The notes below the pieces were generated by a model. That model made no database searches and was not told the origin of the DNA. It saw only the letters and a list, made by a program, of their open reading frames with translations. DNA of 64,000 nt from Nitrospinaceae bacterium (lineage in GTDB: Bacteria; Nitrospinota; Nitrospinia; Nitrospinales; Nitrospinaceae), in contig OZ245011.1 of the NCBI GenBank assembly GCA_965223665.1, positions 3,200,001 to 3,264,000 of the forward strand, written 5' to 3'. Shown piece after piece: positions 58,004 to 64,000 of the stretch; the first letter of the stretch is position 1, and each line of letters starts with the position of its first letter. Both the position numbers and the translations under genes were made by a program.

Positions 58004-58845
58004 TGGACGTAAAAAAATTAACTTCCTTAATTATAGAGCCTACCAATACTTGCAACTTGCGTTGCTCTTTTTGTTTTGTCACTGAAGGTATGAATCGACC
58101 TGAGGGGTTTATGTCTTTCGAGCTTTTTAGAAAAGTAATTGATGATGTGCCTGAGTTAGAGCACCTATGCATGCACAATTGGGGAGAACCATTATTAAAT
58201 AAAGACATTTTTCGAATGTTTGATTATGCACATTCGAGCGGGGTGAAGCACATTGTAATGAATACCAATGGAACTTTGTTGACGTCTAAGATGATTGATC
58301 GAATTATTGAAAGTCCTCTTAGTATAATTCGATTTTCCATTGATGGATCCCCAGAAACCTTTAAACGAGTCCGTGGTATTGAGCTTTCCATGATTAAAGA
58401 AAATATTTTGAGACTTAAGGCTGAAAAGGAAAAACGAAGGCCAAATTTAGTAATAGGAGTAGTTTTTACTGTTGAAGACGAATCATGGGAAGATGCTGAT
58501 GAGTACATTAGTTATTGGAAGACCATCGTAGATCAAGTTAGATTGCAACCTAAGCTCACACAATCTCCTCGGCAAGAAATTTGTCCAGAACCCTTTGGAA
58601 AAGACTATGGAAAATTGGTTGTTCTTTGGGATGGCACCGTAATTCCTTGCTGTGTTGATTATAATGCTACTTTGAAATTAGGAAATGCAAGGAATGATTC
58701 AGTTTGGGATCTTTGGTATTCAAGCAAAATTTGGAAATTACGCGAGCAACATTTATCAGGGGACTTCCCTAAAACTTGTGAAAATTGCAATGAGTGTGAA
58801 ACAGTTAAAACAAGCAAACGATTCTTTTTTATGGAAGCTGTATGA
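58003..58845 (+). CDS. Radical SAM protein with SPASM/twitch domain (BtrN-like size)
   Basis: CNLRCSFC, WGEPLL, NTNG, CPEPF..WDG.V.PCC.D, CENCNEC. Confidence 0.9.
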   Translation: MDVKKLTSLIIEPTNTCNLRCSFCFVTEGMNRPEGFMSFELFRKVIDDVPELEHLCMHNWGEPLLNKDIFRMFDYAHSSGVKHIVMNTNGTLLTSKMIDRIIESPLSIIRFSIDGSPETFKRVRGIELSMIKENILRLKAEKEKRRPNLVIGVVFTVEDESWEDADEYISYWKTIVDQVRLQPKLTQSPRQEICPEPFGKDYGKLVVLWDGTVIPCCVDYNATLKLGNARNDSVWDLWYSSKIWKLREQHLSGDFPKTCENCNECETVKTSKRFFFMEAV

Positions 58846-59651
58846 GCCTTGCAGATACAAAAATTCTTGAAGCACGAATTTTAGATGAAAACCGACGGGT
58901 CCATGCTTTGGAAAATGCCCAATATTTAGAGAGGCATCCAGAACAAACCAATTTTTATCAATCTAAAGTTCTAAAAATTTCCTTAAATGATTTTTTTGAA
59001 CATTTACCATCTAAAACCCAACCACATGTTTTGGATGTTGGTTGTGGAACTGGCTACCTGTTGATTCCGCTATTAAATCAAGGATGTCGAATGACAGGAG
59101 TGGACATTTCAAAAGAAATGATTGAGGCTTTAAAATTATCTGTTCCAAGGGAAAAACAGGGTTTAGTAGAATTAAATTGTAGCGATATAGAGGGATTCAT
59201 AAATAAAGATACTGGTCAATATGAAGGTATTGTTATTTCTGCTCTACTCCATCATTTATATGATTATGAATCCATATTGAAATCACTTTGTGATCGTTTA
59301 GTGCCTGGAGGAACTTTATTAATATTTTTTGAACCTTTAAAACAAAATATCTCATCAGGTTGGCGTTTTAAATTGCATAGAGCGTTGGGAAGGTTGGATG
59401 AAAATTGTTACCAACAAGTTATGAAAGCTCGAAATATTGCCCTGTTTGAAGAAGATTATGAATTGTCTGATTACCAACGAAAATTTGGTGGGATTAATCC
59501 CTGCAATGTGAGGAAGATTTTAAAAAGTCGGGGGATGGAAATAATAGGAATGGAAAAGTATTGTGCTCGTCGATTTGGCTTAAGCGCCTGGGTGGCAAAC
59601 CATCTGATTCATTCCCAAAATACGTTTAATTTACTTTGTCAACGTCGATGA
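58842..59651 (+). CDS. Class I SAM-dependent methyltransferase
   Basis: VLDVGCGTG, GVDIS, LHHL, LVPGG. Confidence 0.9.
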   Translation: MSLADTKILEARILDENRRVHALENAQYLERHPEQTNFYQSKVLKISLNDFFEHLPSKTQPHVLDVGCGTGYLLIPLLNQGCRMTGVDISKEMIEALKLSVPREKQGLVELNCSDIEGFINKDTGQYEGIVISALLHHLYDYESILKSLCDRLVPGGTLLIFFEPLKQNISSGWRFKLHRALGRLDENCYQQVMKARNIALFEEDYELSDYQRKFGGINPCNVRKILKSRGMEIIGMEKYCARRFGLSAWVANHLIHSQNTFNLLCQRR

Positions 59652-59662
59652 AATAGTGGTTT

Positions 59663-61135
59663 TTAATTAATATTTTTTTGACTTGCTAAAATTTTATCCA
59701 CTGTATTGGTTGTAGAAAGACCCTTTACTACTGGAATCAATTCAACTTTCCCTCCATATGCTTCCACGATTTCCCGTCCGACTACCTCGCCAATTTTATA
59801 GTCGTTTCCCTTCACCAGAACATTGGGCTGTATTTCGCGGATTAAATTTTCCGGGGTGTCTTCGTCAAAAATTACAATATAGTCTACGTCCTGTAATGCA
59901 GATAATATATTGGCACGTTCTTCTTGAGATTTTATAGGCCGATCGGGACCCTTTAATCGTTTTACAGAATCATCACTATTCAAACCTAATATTAAAATAT
60001 CGCCTTTACTTTTTGCTTGTTGAAGAAATTCAATATGCCCTCCATGAATTAAGTCATAGCATCCATTGGTAAAAACAATTTGTTTACCAATATTTTTGGC
60101 AAGGCTTACCATCCGTTTGGCCTCTTCTAAGTCAAGAACAGATTTTGAGGTCCGCAACATTTCTTCTTTTAGAAATTCATTAATTTCTTTGAGAGTGATT
60201 ACTGCCGTACCAATTTTTCCAACAACAATTCCGGCAGCCATATTAGAGATCCATGCGGCTTCTTCAAAAGTGAAATCACTGAATAAGGACATTCCAAAAA
60301 CGCTGATAACGGTATCCCCTGCTCCAGTGACATCATACACTTCCTTTGCGAGTGTAGAAATTTCAAACGGTTTTTGTTTTTTGGAATAAAGTATCATTCC
60401 ATTTTTTCCGCGTGTCAGCAATATGGCTTCAGATTTTGTCATATTCAACAAATATTCAGCGGCTCGATCCAAGTCTTCTCGGCTATTTATTTTAATAGGG
60501 GAAACACGCTCAATTTCTTTTTCATTAGGGGTGATGACGGTAACCCCATTATATTTGTTGAATTCTTTTCCCTTTGGGTCAACAACGATTTGTTTATCTG
60601 ATTTTTTTGCTTGGTCAATAATGGCCTGCATGACTTTGTCTGTCAAAATACCTTTGTCATAATCGGAGCAAATAACCCCATCCATTTCAGGGATGGTCTG
60701 GTTTAGAAAATCTATGAAACCAGTTTCCGCTTCTCGAGTGATAGGGCGATTATCCTCTTTGTCTATTCTTAAGACTTGCTGGTTGTGAGCAATTACACGT
60801 ACTTTAGAAGTGGTTGGGCGATTGGAAAATCGAAATATACCTCCAGTAGAAATGGATCGATTTTGAATCAATTCCAGTAGTCGGTCCCCTTTTTCATCTT
60901 TGCCAATACCCCCTGCAAGATGTACTTCGCAACCTAGAGCGACCAAATTATTAGCCACATTGGCGGCTCCACCCAATGAAATGTTTTCAGATTTGCATTC
61001 AAGAACCGGAACTGGAGCTTCGGGAGAAATGCGATTTACCGACCCCCAAACATACTCATCCAGAATAAGATCTCCCACAACCAGGATCTTAGGTCGTTTT
61101 TTATTGTCAAAAAAATGGGTAAATTTGGTTTTCAT
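59663..61135 (-). CDS. hldE: Bifunctional heptose 7-phosphate kinase/heptose 1-phosphate adenylyltransferase
   Basis: GDLILD, RISPEAPVPV, GGAANVA, DVTGAGDT; FTNGCYDLIHGGH, GLNSD.SV..LKG. Confidence 0.96.
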   Translation of the reverse strand: MKTKFTHFFDNKKRPKILVVGDLILDEYVWGSVNRISPEAPVPVLECKSENISLGGAANVANNLVALGCEVHLAGGIGKDEKGDRLLELIQNRSISTGGIFRFSNRPTTSKVRVIAHNQQVLRIDKEDNRPITREAETGFIDFLNQTIPEMDGVICSDYDKGILTDKVMQAIIDQAKKSDKQIVVDPKGKEFNKYNGVTVITPNEKEIERVSPIKINSREDLDRAAEYLLNMTKSEAILLTRGKNGMILYSKKQKPFEISTLAKEVYDVTGAGDTVISVFGMSLFSDFTFEEAAWISNMAAGIVVGKIGTAVITLKEINEFLKEEMLRTSKSVLDLEEAKRMVSLAKNIGKQIVFTNGCYDLIHGGHIEFLQQAKSKGDILILGLNSDDSVKRLKGPDRPIKSQEERANILSALQDVDYIVIFDEDTPENLIREIQPNVLVKGNDYKIGEVVGREIVEAYGGKVELIPVVKGLSTTNTVDKILASQKNIN

Positions 61136-61137
61136 AT

Positions 61138-61698
61138 TCAAAGATTTTGTTCAAGTATTTCGCAAATAATGTGTCCAATAGTAATGTGGACTTCTTGAAT
61201 TCTTGCTGTGTCGGTTGAAGGAACTACAATAGCAAGGTCTACAATATCTTTAACTTCTCCCCCTTGGTTTCCGAGTAATCCAATGGTTTTGGTGCCAATA
61301 TTTTTTGCCGTTTGAATAGCTCGAATAACGTTTTTAGAATTTCCACTAGTGCTAATTCCTAATACAACATCCTCTTTTTGAGCTAAACCCTCGACTTGTC
61401 GGGAAAAAACGTGATCGTACCCATAGTCATTTCCGATTGCCGTCAGAATTGAAGTATCCACGGTCAGGGCAATAGCGGAAACAGATTTCCTTTCTTTCTT
61501 ATAACGACCGATTAATTCGGCTGCAATATGTTGCGCGTCCCCTGCGCTTCCTCCATTACCCATGAGAAGTAATTTCCCGCCATTATTTAAACTGCTTTTT
61601 ATTATTTCAATGGCTTTTTGGATTTCTTCTGACAGTGTATCAGCCACAATTTTTTTTAGTGAAGCGCTTTCATTTAAAAACTTTTTTATTTCTTCCAT
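61138..61698 (-). CDS. gmhA: Phosphoheptose isomerase
   Basis: [33 protein letters not shown]. Confidence 0.96.
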   Translation of the reverse strand: MEEIKKFLNESASLKKIVADTLSEEIQKAIEIIKSSLNNGGKLLLMGNGGSAGDAQHIAAELIGRYKKERKSVSAIALTVDTSILTAIGNDYGYDHVFSRQVEGLAQKEDVVLGISTSGNSKNVIRAIQTAKNIGTKTIGLLGNQGGEVKDIVDLAIVVPSTDTARIQEVHITIGHIICEILEQNL

Positions 61699-61709
61699 AG
61701 TCTGGTAAT

Positions 61710-62405
61710 TTAAATCATCCCTTCATCGGCGAAACTGTAAAATTGATCTCCTGCAATAATAATATGGTCGATCATAGAGATTCCTATGATTTGGCCTGTT
61801 TTGTAAACGCGATGTGTTATTTCAATGTCTGCTTGACTGGGTGAAGGATCTCCGCTGGGGTGATTATGAATCAGAACAATCTTTGCGGCAGATTCTCGTA
61901 TGGCTGGAATCATAACTTCACGAGGGTGAACAATGCTTGCATTTACACTGCCTTCCGAAATATTTATATCTTTAATAATATAGAGCTTAGGGTTGAGGAG
62001 TACAACCTTTACTATTTCCTTCCTCAGATTTTTCATAAATGGAGCAAATTGTTCCACAAAAGATTGACTCGTTTTCATCCTTTTTCGGACACCGGACTGT
62101 TGGGAGGCCATTCGTTTCCCCAGTTCTAAGGCGGCTTTTATTTGCGCAGCCTTGGCTGGTCCAATTCCATTTACATTTGATATTTCCTTGACAGAAGCTC
62201 GATCTAAATTTTGTAAACTCTCAAACTGGCTGAGTATTTCTCGACTAATGTCTACAGCGTTTTTTTTACTACGATGGTCGCCGGAACCCATCAATATTGC
62301 TAATAACTGTGCATCTGAAAGTTTGTCCTCTCCATAGCGAATTAACCGCTCCCGGGGTCGTTCATCTTCAGGCCAATCTTTAATGGATGAACCTTTTGGA
62401 GACAT
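61710..62405 (-). CDS. radC: RadC family JAB-domain protein
   Basis: [40 protein letters not shown] 62405. Confidence 0.93.
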   Translation of the reverse strand: MSPKGSSIKDWPEDERPRERLIRYGEDKLSDAQLLAILMGSGDHRSKKNAVDISREILSQFESLQNLDRASVKEISNVNGIGPAKAAQIKAALELGKRMASQQSGVRKRMKTSQSFVEQFAPFMKNLRKEIVKVVLLNPKLYIIKDINISEGSVNASIVHPREVMIPAIRESAAKIVLIHNHPSGDPSPSQADIEITHRVYKTGQIIGISMIDHIIIAGDQFYSFADEGMI

Positions 62406-62409
62406 GGAT

Positions 62410-63363
62410 TCAATTATCACCATTTAAAGACGCGATTTGGTCCTTAAAATAGTTAATAGTGGCCTGCAATCCTACTTCTAACTCCACTTTGGGTTCCCAA
62501 TCTAAAAGTCTTTTAGCTTTTTCAATATCTGGTTGTCTCACTTTGGGATCATCCTCAGGTAGTGGTTTAAAAACGATTTTACTCTTGCTTTCGGTTACTT
62601 TCAAAATTTTCTCTGCCATTTCCAGTAGGGTCATTTCTTTAGGATTTCCAATGTTCACTGGATCGTGATGGTTAGAAGTAGCGAGTCGGTAAATTCCATC
62701 GACCAGATCATCAACATAACAGAAGCTTCTGGTTTGTTTGCCATCACCAAAAACTGTCAAGTTTTTCCCTGTGAGAGCCTGATGTAAAAAAGTGGGAATG
62801 GCTCTACCATCTCTAATTCGCATTCGAGGACCATAGGTATTAAAGATTCTAACAATCTTTGTATCTAAATTATGTGTCCTATGGTAAGCCATAACTAGAG
62901 CTTCAGAAAAACGTTTTGCTTCGTCATAAACTCCGCGAGGCCCAATAGGATTTACGTTTCCCCAATAATTTTCATTTTGTGGATGAATTTCCGGATCGCC
63001 ATAAACTTCAGAAGTTGAGGCTAATAAAAATGTAGACTTTTTATTCATTGCCAATCCCAAAGAATTATGAGTTCCCAGTGATCCAACTTTAAGGGTTTGA
63101 ATTGGCAATTCAAGGTAGTCAATCGGGCTGGCGGGAGAAGCAAAATGCAATAAAAAATCAAGATTTCCTTCTAACTCTATATATCGAGAAACATTGTGGC
63201 GAATAAACTCAAAATTTTCATTTCTCCTTAAATGAGAGATGTTATTTAAACTACCGGTAACAAGATTATCCATGCAAACCACCTGATGGCCTTTATTTAA
63301 AAAATATTCACATAGATGGGAACCTAGAAAACCTGCTCCTCCAGTAATTAGCGTTCTTGGCAT
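62410..63363 (-). CDS. UDP-glucuronate decarboxylase (UDP-xylose synthase-like)
   Basis: [56 protein letters not shown]. Confidence 0.93.
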   Translation of the reverse strand: MPRTLITGGAGFLGSHLCEYFLNKGHQVVCMDNLVTGSLNNISHLRRNENFEFIRHNVSRYIELEGNLDFLLHFASPASPIDYLELPIQTLKVGSLGTHNSLGLAMNKKSTFLLASTSEVYGDPEIHPQNENYWGNVNPIGPRGVYDEAKRFSEALVMAYHRTHNLDTKIVRIFNTYGPRMRIRDGRAIPTFLHQALTGKNLTVFGDGKQTRSFCYVDDLVDGIYRLATSNHHDPVNIGNPKEMTLLEMAEKILKVTESKSKIVFKPLPEDDPKVRQPDIEKAKRLLDWEPKVELEVGLQATINYFKDQIASLNGDN

Positions 63364-63385
63364 GTAAATGATTCCTAGTTAGTGG

Positions 63386-64000
63386 TTAATTTTGGTGAGA
63401 AAGTAAAATATCGCCGGGTTTAATATTATTTCCTTGGAGAAAACTTTTAGCGGACATAGGCTTTTTCCCTTCCAGGCGAAGCTCTTTAATAATAATACGA
63501 CCATCTCCTGTTCCTACTTCTATTCCAAAATCAGAAACTCTGGCAATTGCCCCTGGTAAGTCATCAGATAACCCATCACTTATTTCAACTCTCAAAAGAC
63601 CCAATCGCTTATTATTTAGAAAAGTAAAAGCTCCTGGCCATGGTTGAACCCCTCGAATGAGGTTATAAATTTCAATACTCTTTTTTTCCCAAGAAACTAA
63701 TCCATTGTCTTTGGATAATTTTGGTGCGTAAGATGAATCTTCGTCATTTTGTGGAATAAACTCAATAGATTTATTTTCCAATGCATCCAAAGTTTTTAGG
63801 GTAAGTTGTCCTCCCTCATATGCAAGAGTATCGTGTAATTCTTTAGCTGTATCATTCCAATTGATTGATACTACTTTTTTTAGAAGCATGTCTCCCGTAT
63901 CTAAACCGCGATCCATCCGCATCGTTGTCACTCCGGTTTCTGTTTCCCCGTTAATAATAGCCCAATTTATAGGGGCGGCTCCACGGTATTTCGGCAGGAG
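63386..64000 (-). CDS. fmt: Methionyl-tRNA formyltransferase (5'-truncated by the window edge)
   Basis: Frame open to the edge: LLPKYRGAAPINWAIINGETETGVTTMRMD.GLDTGD, YAPKL, PWPGA, EGKK.M. Confidence 0.93.
   Translation of the reverse strand, partial: LLPKYRGAAPINWAIINGETETGVTTMRMDRGLDTGDMLLKKVVSINWNDTAKELHDTLAYEGGQLTLKTLDALENKSIEFIPQNDEDSSYAPKLSKDNGLVSWEKKSIEIYNLIRGVQPWPGAFTFLNNKRLGLLRVEISDGLSDDLPGAIARVSDFGIEVGTGDGRIIIKELRLEGKKPMSAKSFLQGNNIKPGDILLSHQN

Noticed and set aside
61710-62405. radC as a marker of a mobile element
   Set aside because: Full-length chromosomal type inside a housekeeping operon; no integrase, transposase or att-like repeats seen
62410-64000. Formyltransferase next to a UDP-GlcA decarboxylase, with an ArnC-like GT2 nearby, read as a split ArnA (L-Ara4N pathway)
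   Set aside because: The formyltransferase has Fmt-type motifs (RGAAPINW, EGKK.M) and the decarboxylase is UXS-type (ASPASP, YDEAKR); no arnB, arnD or arnT in the window
1-64000. CRISPR arrays, tRNA/rRNA genes, IS elements, prophage
   Set aside because: Reading the intergenic regions by eye showed no regularly spaced repeats, cloverleaf motifs, transposases or phage structural genes; tRNAscan, Infernal and CRISPR finders were not run

Overview
A low-GC, gene-dense bacterial chromosome window of mostly core or semi-core genes. The gene content and order (rplM-rpsI-argC-argJ, squalene-hopene cyclase, cobinamide salvage, RNI-like LRR protein, GGDEF-PilZ proteins) fit a Nitrospinota or deltaproteobacteria-like lineage; this is inference only. 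In order, the window holds: glyQ; a cobalamin salvage locus under two cobalamin riboswitches (cobS, a cobU-bluB fusion, btuB, btuM, cobO/btuR, cobT); tandem GGDEF-PilZ genes; an LRR protein; smc with an NrdR-like box; an operon with pyrF; a DinG helicase; a 986-aa degenerate SIR2-like plus TPR protein; argJ-argC-rpsI-rplM; a signal-peptide amidohydrolase divergent from shc; a five-lipoprotein cluster including LpoB, COG3014 and YcfL-like genes; three paralogous QueC-like PP-loop enzymes; and a sugar-modification region (dTDP-glucose dehydratase, two SPASM/twitch radical SAMs, a B12 radical SAM, GT2, methyltransferase) converging on hldE-gmhA-radC-uxs-fmt. I saw no tRNA, rRNA, CRISPR array, transposase or integrase. 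The best candidates for an undescribed system are the QueC-like triplet with the neighbouring radical-SAM glycan operon, the pseudo-sirtuin-TPR protein, and the CobU-BluB/BtuM salvage module. All family assignments come from motif recognition; no database searches were run.
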